From assembly GCF_009914755.1 (NCBI RefSeq), contig NC_060929.1: a DNA stretch of 64,000 nt, one strand, 5' to 3'. Under the pieces are notes generated by a model, which saw nothing but the letters and a program-made list of their open reading frames with translations, was not told the origin of the DNA and did no database searches. This document shows, in pieces, positions 1 to 12,210 of the stretch. This DNA comes from the human T2T-CHM13v2.0 reference genome, Homo sapiens. A program made the translations under genes and the position numbers. Every line of letters begins with the position of its first letter. Position 1 is the first letter of the stretch.

Positions 1-769
1 AAAAAAGATGCCTAGAGTGAAGTCTAGGAGAAACCAAGCACAAGCTGAAGCTCACAAGCTTCCTGTTGTCTTCTCCCAAAGAGTGGCACAGACAGTCTTA
101 AATTCTCCCAGTAACAATTTGAGACAATACGTACAAAGTGCTGCTACAGGGAAGCTCACCTCTACCTTGGGACCTGAGGCGAAGGGCGGGGGTGGGGGTG
201 GTTGTGTTTGTTTGTTTGTTTGTTTGTTTGTTTGAGATGGTCTCATTCTGCCGCTCAGGCTGCAGTGCAGTGGCGCTATCTTGGCTCACTGCAACCTCCG
301 CCTCCCAGATTCAAGCAATTCTCCTGACTCAGCCTCCTGAGTAGCTGGGACTACAGGCACCCACCACCACGCCCGGCTGATTTTTGTGCTTTTAGTAGAG
401 ACAAGGTTTCACCTCATTAGCCAGGCTGGTCTCAAAATCCTGACTTCAAGTGGTCCGCCCGCCTCATTTTCCCAAAGTGCTGGGATTACAGGCATGAGCC
501 ACCACACCCGGCCGGAACTGGGGTTTTTAATGGGGTCAGTCATGTAGGCATGCAGCTCCTACTTGACTGACTGTGGCTACTCAGATTCTAGCCCCCAGAG
601 GTCAAACCGATGTGATACAAAGCCTGCTATATATTAAAACACTCTTGTAAAGCAGTAGATTCCAAGGGCTCAGAGATTATCCCCAAGAGCTGGTCAAGGA
701 TCAGTCCTTTCTTTGGAAGATCCAGGATTTGAGTAACTAAGGCCCATTGAGTTAATACTTTACGGCACA
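1..769 (-). mobile_element. MER21 (MER21C-like) LTR, interrupted by an Alu, runs off the window start
   Basis: Reverse complement begins TGTGCCGTAAAGTATTAACTCAATGGGCC...CCAAAGAAAGGACTG...GAGCCCTTGGAAT, matching the recalled MER21C 5' end. The 1-180 segment matches the MER21 body. Confidence 0.7.
204..513 (-). mobile_element. AluS, full length, with (TTTG)n tail
   Basis: Antisense Alu dimer GAGATGG...CCCGGCC; tail converted to a TTTG microsatellite at about 206-234. Confidence 0.95.
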
Positions 770-1219
770 CATGGTAGTGTCCCAAAGAGATGATTATATC
801 ATAATTGAGCCTTCCAGGGTTTACCAAACATATTGAAGATCCTACAACTATTTTTTATGTGGCAGTGATGGATAGGCCAAAAGCAAGCAAGCAAATATAT
901 CTATTGCTTCTGAATCACTGGGAAGAAATACTTGAGAATTGAAGTTTCCTAAAGGTCTTTTTATGGTAATTTATTTTTGGAAAAAGGGGAAATACGTGCA
1001 AAGCTCATGACACTAACAACATTATGAAAAATGTTTGGCTTTCTGGATACCTTACACTTCCAGAATGATGAATTCTGACATGTAACAGAGGATGTCTGAG
1101 ACTAGATGAATATTTATCATAGGAGGCCAATGGTCAGATCAAAAGAACTTTAAAATGAGAAAAGGTTTATATGTCATGCACAGAAGGAACCTAAATCATT
1201 TTTCCATCAAATATCTGTC

Positions 1220-1647
1220 TGGTTAGCCCTTATCCCATTCAAGTGTTTGCTCAAAGCTTACCTTCTCAATGATGTCTATCTTGACCACTTATATAGGCTG
1301 AATGCTATGAATTGCCATTTTCATAAGTCAAAAACAATTTCATATGGTTCAACCTAACACATGACTACAATGTGCAACAATTCTTTCCAACCTCTGTTCC
1401 CCAGCATTCTTATTTTCCACTCAGCCTAAAGGATTTTAAATTCTTTTCCCACCGTATTTAACCCCATCTGAAATACCTAAAATTGGAATTTATTGTATTT
1501 ATTATTTGCTGTCTATCTCACCTCTGCTACAAAGATACATGGGCATAGAGATTTTTTTTTTCTTTAATTTATTCATGTATTCTAAACACTTAGAAAAGTG
1601 CCTGGTACATAGTTACAAAATTACTATTTGTTGGAAAGATGAATAAG
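1220..1647 (+). mobile_element. L2 3' end, interrupted by MADE2
   Basis: TCAAAGCTTACCTTCTCAATGA...GTGCCTGGTACATAG...TATTTGTTGGAAAGATGAAT, a typical L2 terminus. Confidence 0.65.
1294..1356. mobile_element. MADE2 Tc1/mariner MITE
   Basis: Imperfect inverted termini TAGGCTGAATGCTATGAATTG ... CAATTTCATATGGTTCAACCTA. Confidence 0.75.
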
Positions 1648-1787
1648 CAGATGTTATAATCTAGGAAGTAATAAAGAAGGCATTCAGTCATCTACTTAAT
1701 AGTGGGAAAGTGTTTGGAAACAATTATTTGATACTTTACACCAGAATGACCTAATTGCTCAGAACAAAACTTTATAGTCAAATAAAG

Positions 1788-1927
1788 GGTTTGCATCTCA
1801 TCTCTGCTCTTAACTAACTCCGTAAGAGTTGGGCATGTTTTGTTTGTTTGTTTAATTTCTCTAAACTATAGTTTCCTCATCTTTACAGTAGGAATAATAG
1901 TACTTAACTACAGGGCTGTTGCGTGAA
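1788..1927 (+). mobile_element. MIR
   Basis: Core AGTTTCCTCATCTTTACAGTAGGAATAATAGTAC. Confidence 0.65.
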
Positions 1928-3007
1928 ACACAATACTTTCCTTTCTAGTTTACAGATTGCATAAGAAATAATTCTTTTATAAAAAAAGAAGTTTTGTAGT
2001 TAAATATCAATAAAAGTTCACATAATGAGTAGGGGTATAATGGCTGAAATATAGCAGTAGGAAATTATATAATTGTTCAAGACTGGTAAGCAATAAGGGC
2101 TGAGTGAACATAGAATATATCAAGGTGGGGATGGACTTGAACAATGCTAAGGATGATTCCACTGAAATTCCAAATGTTTCTTGCAAGTGACAGAAATGCA
2201 ATAAAGATAAATATGTGAAAATTTTGTCACAAGAATACAAAAATATGCACTTAGCATAACAAAAACTCAGCAAATATAAGATGAAAGCGACCTGATTTAT
2301 TCGTAATTCTGCTGGGGAAGGATATATAATTATAAGACATCTAAAGATCTCTATCAATTCCAAGTGTCACATATTTTCAACTGTTTTGCCACAACTGCTG
2401 AAATAAGATTTCTTTTTATTTTGTATTGTTTTGCTGTATCACATCTCCGTTTTAGAGAATCTCCTTTATATCTTAGTGGGAGTTAAGCTCACCTCTAGGA
2501 CTCAGCTGGGAGGCAGAGAAAATATTTAGGCTTGAATCATTGCTCCTGGAGGGAATTTTTGAATATTGAACCAGATGTACATGACAGTTTTCTTCATTCT
2601 TTTTCGTCCTCTAGGACTGGCTATCAGCCTGCGGCTGATTTTGGGAATCCCCAATATCCCTCTGTATTATTTATTTTTATTGTTATTTAAGACAGTTGGT
2701 CAGTTTCTATCACTTGCCATCAACAACTCTGACTACCAGATGTGGCTAATTCTGGGTATGGGTCCTGGGCTGAGAGTTTACCAGGATGTGAGACTTAAGC
2801 ATACCAGTTTGAACTAGACTCAATCCAGATGATACATTTTAAGAACATCATGACTTCCTGAGTCAAGTTACTGATTACACTAACTTGAATTTCTATCAGT
2901 ATGATCGAGTAAATAGAAAACCCTCCCACTGTAAGATAGGTGGATAAAATATACCTAGATAAAACATAACAACATTCTTTCAAATGTTGAGCTTGTGAGA
3001 ATGTAAG

Positions 3008-3373
3008 TGCTATGGTCTGAATGTTTGAGTCCCCCTAAATTCGTATGTTGAAATCTTAACCCTTAAAGTGATAGTATTAACAGGTATGGTTTTTTGGGAA
3101 GTAATTTGTCATGAAAGCACAACCTTCATAAATGGGATTAGTGCTCTTATAAAAGGGGGCTCAGAGAGCCGTGTTGCCCCTTTCCCCCATGTGAAGACAC
3201 AGGGAGAAGTTAATAGTCTACAAGCTGGAAGAGGGCCCTCACCAAAACCTGACTGTGCTGGCACCCTAATCTTGGACTTCTCAGCTTTCAGAACTGTAAG
3301 AAATAAATTTCTGTTGTTTATAAGTCACCTAGTTTGTGGTATTTTGTTATAGGAGCTTGAGTGGACTAAGACA
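3008..3373 (+). mobile_element. MLT1A-type MaLR solo LTR
   Basis: TGCTATGGTCTGAATG...GACTAAGACA termini; perfect 5-bp TSD GTAAG at 3003-3007 and 3374-3378. Confidence 0.9.
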
Positions 3374-3952
3374 GTAAGCAAACTCCACAGTGACCTAAAA
3401 CAAAAAAGTTTTGACTGGAGTAGTTAACTGCACTAAAGTTATGATTTACCTGGACGTGTTTTCCAATCTTAGAAACCAAAAGGCTTTCTTTTAATGGACA
3501 TTGTTAAAGGTGAATGAGGGGTGGGAAGTCCACATAGGAGCTAAAATGGACAATTGTAGAAGCTTTAAATAGCATAACCTAATGAAAACATGGAAAGGAA
3601 AAGAAAAAAAATCAGCTAAACTCCAAAATAAGATCAGATAATTTAGCTACTTTGGCTTGAACTCTGGTTGGGAAAAATGCATTTCCTAAAGACTTGTAAA
3701 CACAAATATGGCCTCATGCTAGCTGTGTGTGGTTTAAATTTATTTCCTTTGTCCTGACAACTTCTAAATTAGTAATTACCATAAAGGAGACTTGGGTTGG
3801 TAAAACGTAAGGGTACTTGGCAGAAGTAAAAACAAATTCTCTTTGGAAGGATGCTGTCTCTATCCAGACTGCACAGACTCCCCATGGATTACTCCTGGGA
3901 ACTCCAAAAATAAAACCAATAGTATCAGATCCCCAGGATCTTCAGATAATGG

Positions 3953-4000
3953 AATTACACATTGTATAATTGCACATTGTATAATTGCACATTGTATAAT
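3953..4000. repeat. 15-bp minisatellite (AATTGCACATTGTAT) x3
   Basis: Three near-perfect tandem copies seen directly. Confidence 0.9.
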
Positions 4001-4322
4001 GTGTAATATCGTATAGTGGAATTATACAAGAATGCTGTAAAATAAATATTCTTAACATGGTAAAATTTAGAATATGAGAATGAACACTACTTACGTTTAT
4101 AAAACGAGAACAGACATATTTAAGAAAAAAAAAGACGTGTAAAAATGTGATTAAATAAATAAGTGCAATGGATAGGTGTAATAGCAGATTAGACAAAGTT
4201 AAAGACATGTTTAGCAAACTGAAAGAATACCTAAAGTAATAACTAACTGTCCAACATAGAGATAAAAGGCAATGAAAACTATACAAGTGAGGAACAAAGG
4301 GTGAAAAGTACTAACGTGTTTA

Positions 4323-4646
<324 letters not shown>

Positions 4647-5594
4647 TTTAATGAGAATGCAAAAAGAAGTGTGAAGGAGAAAGGGGCAATATTTGATGAG
4701 ATAATAGCTGATAATTTTCCAGATTTGTTCAAGATCAAGAATTCTCTGATTCAAAATCACAGTAAACCCTGAGTAGGCTAAATATAAGTAAGTCCATAGT
4801 GATCTAACTTGCTTCTCTGACTGTTTTAATAATTCTTCATGATCTGCCTTCACCAGACCTAGCTGGTCATATTTCCCACTAGTAATAACTGGTACACATA
4901 GTTCTTGTGAAAATTTGCTTATTTTTCAACATATATATCATTGTTAGTCATGCTAAAGTAGTACTGTGATGCAGAGTACTTAAATATTACCTTAGAGTGG
5001 CCAGAGAGAGCTATAAGCCTGGTGATGAAGAATGAACCAGTAGTTACAGCAGTAATCTCCACTATAGGGCAGTAAGTCAATGCAAGGGACAAATTGCCAA
5101 TACATGAAAATATAAACTCCAATAAGTGAAGTTAACAGAGTTAGACTCATGGGTAGGGCTGGAAACCATTTTCATCCTGTGTCATCAGGTTGACTGTCTT
5201 GTGGGCAATACAGATAGCAACCTGGCAGGGAGTCATGACATCTCTTTTGAAAATAAATGATAAGGATGTATTCAGGTTATGTCTGTACGTTCAATGGAGC
5301 AAAAATTTTTTAGAAATGTATAAAGTTGATCATCCTTTTGAAGGAAGACACAGCAGGAACTAAAATAAATTGAGTATTTTTTTAAAATGAGAAATCTATC
5401 TCCTCAACCAAATTATCTTCTCAGTTTTGTGAAGTGGTGAACATAGTTCCTTCTGAAATCAAACAACTGTTTTCTTTCTTTTCTTTGGATAATTGCTCAC
5501 CATGAAACTAAACACAATCTATCCTTTATTGTCTGTGAAATTTTATGTAATAATTCAAAAAAAGTTTTCCTGTGACAAATAATTGCCAGTTTTT

Positions 5595-5738
5595 TAGGAT
5601 ATATACCTAACGTAAATGACCAGTTAATGGGTGCAGCACACCAACATGACACACGTATACATATGTAACAAAACTGCACGTTGTGCACATGTACCCTAGA
5701 AGTCAAAGTATAATAAAAAAAAGTTAAAAAAAAAAAAA
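5595..5738 (+). mobile_element. L1PA (young primate) extreme 3' end with poly(A)
   Basis: ATACCTAACGTAAATGAC...GGGTGCAGCACACCAACATG...GTGCACATGTACCCTAGAA...AATAAAAAA. Confidence 0.92.
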
Positions 5739-5934
5739 CTAAATATGAGAATCTTTCAACATTAAAAAGTGCTTTATTTAGTACATGTTCAGTATTAAAG
5801 AATGCCTTTCCTGGTATGTTATGTTCATAAGGTAAGCTGGAGCTAAAGGATATTATATTGAGAGATGACACACTGTATAGTGGCATACCAATATATATTT
5901 TCCAAGAAAATTAACATAGTGTATTTCATTAAAA

Positions 5935-6075
5935 GAGTATTTATTGAGTACATACAAATTCAAGTTTTGTATTAAACGTGTTCTTTAATTATTGAATACT
6001 TACAACAAAATTAGGTAAGAGGTGCTGTTATTGTTCACATTTTATAGGTAAGAAACCAAGACACAGAAGGTTCAG
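5935..6075 (-). mobile_element. MIR
   Basis: Antisense core CACATTTTATAGGTAAGAAACCAAGACACAGA. Confidence 0.55.
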
Positions 6076-6119
6076 AAACAAATCTAGAATTTGAATCCTG
6101 TAATCTAGAAATGGGTATG

Positions 6120-6813
<694 letters not shown>

Positions 6814-7549
6814 GAAAGGTAGAACTGATAATTTTAACCACCACGCTATTTACAATCCTAATTCATGCCTCCAAAGAAAGGAACTCCACTTATATTTTCC
6901 AGCAAGTTGGATGGCAGACACTATGCATCTCATTTTTCACCAATGGGGAAATAAAAAAGATGGTTGGACACTGTTTGTAATCTGTTATCATGTCCAAAAG
7001 AAATTATTTTTGTCCAGCTCTTAGGAACGTTCCATGTAGATGTCATATTCACCCTCTTGTTTCTCTGAAATTATTTAGTCCCCATGTTTTTCTGAGTCTG
7101 TTGGTCTGCCTATGCCCCTAGCCATAGGTCCTTCTACTAATGAGTCACACCTGCAAGCTTCTCTGAGCAGGTGTCCTGAGCACTCACTCAAAATCTCTCT
7201 CTAGTACTCAAACTGTAAAATTCCTTACTTTCTACATAACTATTTCTGCCCTAAGCCCCTTTTCTTCTGTAATTGTTTTTCTGACTCTCTGTCTCCAAAT
7301 ACATCTAGAATCTAGTTATTGCAAAATCACTGATCTTAATTTTCCAACTTGCCTCTCTCTACCCAAGTTATAATTCTATATTTCTCTCCTTCTCTTTCTC
7401 TTTCTCTCTTTCAATGAGGGGCTGAGCTGATAAAGACTTCCTTTTTCCTAGAAAGTAAGTAAGATGATACTGTTCATGGGCAAAGACAGAACACTCTCAA
7501 TTTCTTATTAAACATTGCTATATTTATTATAATATGCCATTGAATCTTT

Positions 7550-9250
7550 TGTAATTTTTGGAATATGATCAAATTTTGTGAAGATAAGAATAACTCTTTT
7601 TTATTTTCCTTTATGACATTTTACTTCTAGCCAAATTAATATTGATAACAATTCCTAAAAATATCATCTATTTTGAAGTGGGCATTCTTGGCTCGTTAAT
7701 GTCTTTACTGAGAATGTTTCTAAATGAGTTTGTGTATTTTTATGTGACTGTGTGTTTAGCTTACTGATTCCCATTTTTACTGTAAGTTTTATTAGAATGA
7801 ATGTTAAATTTTATAAAAGACTATTTTAAATTTTGGTAGAGACAAGCATATACCCCTATACTCTTAATATAAACAATTTTCAATATTGAACCATCTTAGC
7901 AGCTCAAAGTTGAGTCCTATTTATAATTATTTTGAAAAGCTTCTAGATTAACTTGACTATTATTTCACTCAGAGTTTTTGTCTTAATAATAAGTGAGCTT
8001 TGCTCCTATGTAGAAGCTAATAAAGTTGATCTGATAGAAGTAGAGAGGATAGTGATTATAAAAGGCTGGAAAGGATGGGCAGCGGATAGGAAGAGAGGTC
8101 GGTCAGTGGGTACAAAGTTACGGTTAGATAGATGGAATAAGTTCTAATGTTCTGTAGCACTGTAAAGTGACTATAGTTAATAAAAATTTATTATATATTT
8201 TCAAATAGCTTCAAGAGAGCTTTTTTGAATGTTCCCAACATAAAAAAATGAAAATATTTGATGTATAGGTATACAAATTACATGGATTTGATCATTACAC
8301 ATTGTGTATTTATATCAAAACATGCTCTGCATCTTATAAATATGTGCAATTATTATGTGTCATTTAAAATTACATAATAAAAAAGTGAGTTTTGCTTGCA
8401 TTTTCTTTCTTTTACGTACTTTTTGGGGGGGCTATCTTCATTATAGTTCAGAATCACAGCTGTCCTTGCTTTGTAAAAAGATCTGGAAAAGCCTTTCTTT
8501 TAAACTAGTATTTTAAAAAATTAATGGTGTGGGGCAGCTTAAATAACATAGCAATAGAAATTATCTGGTTCTTAAAGGTTTATTACATTTCCCCTGTAAA
8601 TAGTCGCAGCCTTGTAACTGTTCGAAAGGCAGCTTTTTGACTGCATTTTCAATTCTTTTCTTAATATTTTCTGAGATAAATCCAGGAATCTACATTTCTC
8701 TTTAAAATAACCAATTGTATTTAGACTTCATGCATTGCAATTTAGCATTTATTTATCTTTAGGCAGCTTGCTGTAATCAGTACATAAAACATTTACTTCT
8801 TTCCTTTATCTTTCCATTTCACTGAACCATTTCCTGTACACCTACACAGACAGATCTGTGTGGACCGCCCTTCAAACCTATATGCAAACAGTGGTATGGG
8901 GAATAAAATCCAGGCATATGCCTCTGGCTTATCTACTCATTCAGAGCTCTACTTTTCAAGAAAGATTATTTGGTCCTTTAAGGCTGTGCCACCTAAAATG
9001 GCATCCTCTACTGTGAAAAAAAAAAAAAAGTTTTTATTTCTTTTACCACAGTCTCCCTTGATTTAGTTCAAATTTTACTCTAATCTTCATGTTTTGTGGT
9101 TGTGGTTTAGGGTTATGATTCTTCCTTAGTTTCACTGAAAATGGGGTTTCCTTCACTACTTTTGTTGCTGTCATTTTTATTTTAATTTGGGAGTAGGAAT
9201 TGAAATAGAAATGTCTTTCTCTGTTCATTTTTAAGAAAATCATCGCTATC
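7550..9250 (-). mobile_element. Highly decayed L1M ORF2 fragment
   Basis: T-rich; degenerate antisense ORF2 motifs (TTGAACCATCTT..., TTCTTAAAGGTTTATTACATTTCCCCTGTAAA). Boundaries approximate. Confidence 0.45.
8005..8382 (+). mobile_element. L1MA 3' end with TSD
   Basis: GGGTACAAAGTTACGGTTAGATAGATGGAATAAGTTCTA...AATAAAAAA; 14-bp TSD AAGTGAG(C/T)TTTGCT at 7991-8004 and 8383-8396. Confidence 0.88.
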
Positions 9251-9779
9251 CTATTTTTTTTTTACAGCATCATAATTAACTCAGCAAAAAATGAAGTTCA
9301 ATATTTGCCTTTTCCTTAGCTCCTCCATCTTCCTATTATCTTAAATTCACTTAATAGTCACTGAAAGTTATCTAAGTTGTGTTTTATTAAATTCTGTGTG
9401 GGCATCAACTTTAATACGTCTCACCATCCCTCGCCTCTCAAGTCTCCCACACTCATCAAGAAGTTTATCTTGTAAGTGATCTACATTGGCACAAATGATG
9501 ATACAAGGTGACCAAGTGGATGTGCTAGCAATGTCCATAAAGTGTGGGAAATGAAGAATGAAAGCAGTAGTGCGAGAATGAGCTTTTCTTTACAAGATGG
9601 GTTGGCTGTCAACAGGTGGTACGGAAATTCTCATTGATGGAAAGAGCTGGCACAGAGGCTCAAAGATGGGGCAAAGAAGAATATATCTGCAGACTGGCTA
9701 GTCACCCAGAGCAAACTGCAAGGAAGGGGAAGATGAGGCTGGTGTGGTGATTTAAGGGGTAGTAAAGAAAAATAATCTT

Positions 9780-9818
9780 TTTTTGAGACAGGTTCTCTCT
9801 CTCTGTCACCCAGGCTGG
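9780..9818 (-). mobile_element. Extremely 5'-truncated Alu (about 40 bp)
   Basis: TTTTTGAGACAGG...TGTCACCCAGGCTGG flanked by perfect 14-bp repeats AGAAAAATAATCTT at 9766-9779 and 9819-9832. Confidence 0.85.
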
Positions 9819-9984
9819 AGAAAAATAATCTTGATATAGCCTACTTCTTCAAAAAACTGGGTGGTAGTTCAAAGGACATAAATTTCACATTCCATCTGTT
9901 CCCACATTTCTACTAATCTCTCCTTGAAATATCAAAGCTAGCTATTTTCTTCTCCACTGTCGCTATCACCAAGAAAAACAATAA

Positions 9985-10150
9985 AAATCATACTAGCATA
10001 TTTATATGCCAGCCACGAAGCATAGATTTTACCTTCAATATCAGACTGATGTCTCATTTGATGTTTCAGAAAAACAATGCTACACAGGAGGTATTTTTAG
10101 GCTCATTTTGCATTTGAGGAAATTGGGGCACAAAAAGGTGAAAGAACTTG
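9985..10150 (-). mobile_element. MIR
   Basis: CATTTTGCATTTGAGGAAATTGGGGCACAAAAAGGTGAA. Confidence 0.6.
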
Positions 10151-10399
10151 AGGAATTTGCATTGGAAGTAAATAGTTTAGCTGTGATATGCTTCTGCATA
10201 TGTCTTCAAGTAATATGTTTTTACTGACTACATAATTTTAACTCTACCAAGATGCAAGGCAACTTCTGTTTTAAAATATTGTAAATGTAACTGATACTCA
10301 TTTAAGAAAATTTAGGAAAACTGAAGAGCATACACATACCAGCAAAACCATTACCCAACTAATTCTTTGAAGCCTTAAGGTAAAAATTTTCCTTCTTTC

Positions 10400-11575
10400 C
10401 TCTAATCAGCTTTTCATGGCTAACAATTATAAATATCATTTGTAAGCAATATTTTGCTTCAGCATATATTTACACATTTAAATACACCCAAGTTATTTTA
10501 TTGTCCAATAATATGTTATTGATATATTTTCAAGTCAGTAGATTTACTTTGCTATTTTTAAAATTTCTGAAATACTTTATTTTTGGATCTATAATTCCCC
10601 TATCAATGGATATTTAAAATTTTTAAATTTCATTTTTGTCTTTTCTTCATTCTTATTGTGATAATAAGCTTTCCTGTGAACATATCTAAATTGTTTATAT
10701 ATAATTTTTTATATTTATAATTCTACATGAGAGATAGGATTAATGGTTTTAGTGTTGCTGGATTTTCTGGGCTCTAGCCTACACGCATTTATAATATAGA
10801 TAAATGGTATCATATTAGACTTTCAGAACCACTGTACCAATTTGTCATCCACCAACTAAATATGAGAATACATTTTTGTTTAATAACACACACTGAATAT
10901 TTCAATATATTTTATTTTTTTGAACCTGTATAATAGGCATCAAAAGCTATATTACTTTTTTAAAGATTAGTATTATATTTTCATGTGTCTGCTATTTGTT
11001 TGTAGTTTTTATCTGGAAATTTATTGTTTACATACTTTGTCCATTTTTCTCTTGGGATAAATGAACTTTTAAGAAGTTGATGTATAGAAGCTCTTTTTAT
11101 TTTATAAGTATTAATATTTGGCTTGTATATGTCAAAATCCTTCTCCCTTTTTAAATTATTTATGTGTTAACTTTGTTTAGTGTAATTTCATAACAGAGAA
11201 TTAGTACATTGTTATTCAAATCTGCCATTTTTTTCTTTTGTGGATTGTGAAGTTTTCATCATTTTTCCCAATATTCGGCTAGTACATTTTTTATAAATGG
11301 GTCTTTATTCTTCTTGGTGAGGATACACTATCTACCCTAAGAGTAGATGTGTATAGTATATAATAAAAAAGTCTCTTTCCCTTTAAAGATCACTCAAGCA
11401 TTCACTTACTATTTATTTACTAAATCATATTATCCCAGTGATTTGAAACTCCATCTACATTATATACTTAATGTACGTGACTCTTGTTCTGTCTGACCTT
11501 TATTTCACTATCTGTATGCCATTAGCACACTGTTTTAATTATATTAGCCTTTTTATAATATTTTAGTATCTTGAG
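10400..11575 (-). mobile_element. Old L1 (L1ME-like) ORF2 end/3' region
   Basis: Degenerate antisense motifs CCCTATCAATGGATATTTA, CTGTACCAATTTG..CCACCAAC and CACACTGTTTTAATTA. Confidence 0.6.
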
Positions 11576-12019
11576 TTCTTCTCTCTTCTTAGTTTTCTGC
11601 TGCCTTACCACCTCCTGTGCTTTACAATTGGTTTTGCATTCTCTTTCAGTTTCTTTCACCTGTAAGTCCATTCCTTAGGTCTTGTCCTGAGCTTCCTTCT
11701 CTGCCGCTACTCAGACTATATGGAATTTCGTCTTCTAACTTAAGAAGAATCCACAAAGAAGCGTCTAAAGCTGCAAATCTCCCATTAACATTGATGAACT
11801 TCAAATATTTTCACATAACCCTGTCTCATTTTATCTGCCTTCTTGATATTTCCAACTTGAAACCCCATTGGCGTGTCAAACTCAATGTGTTTAAAGCCAA
11901 ACCCAACAATCTCAAATCTTTTCACTTTCCAGAGCCCAGGCACAATAATATCCTGTTATAACAATATAGGTGTAAATGTTTTAGAACCTGGGTTACTAGT
12001 TTGTATCTGTCAGTATCAT

Positions 12020-12210
12020 CATTATGATGAGGATGATAACCAATCTCTGTGCCAGGTTCTGAGCTAAATATTCAGCAGTCTCTCCTTAATCCTTGACTCT
12101 TCCCTGTAGATTTTGTAGTATTATCCTCAATTTAGAAACATCTTAACTGAGGAAGAGAGAGATTAAAAAATCCCTGCCAAAAAACCTCACCTAGTAAGTG
12201 GCAAAGCTTA
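12020..12210 (-). mobile_element. MIR
   Basis: CTCTGTGCCAGG...AACTGAGG...CTAGTAAGTGGCAAAGC. Confidence 0.6.

Noticed and set aside
2007-2363. 118-aa minus-strand ORF
   Set aside because: Non-ATG start and a hydrophobic composition typical of T-rich antisense DNA; no homology recognised.
5497-5886. 129-aa minus-strand ORF
   Set aside because: Spans the antisense L1PA 3' UTR and its poly(A) tail.
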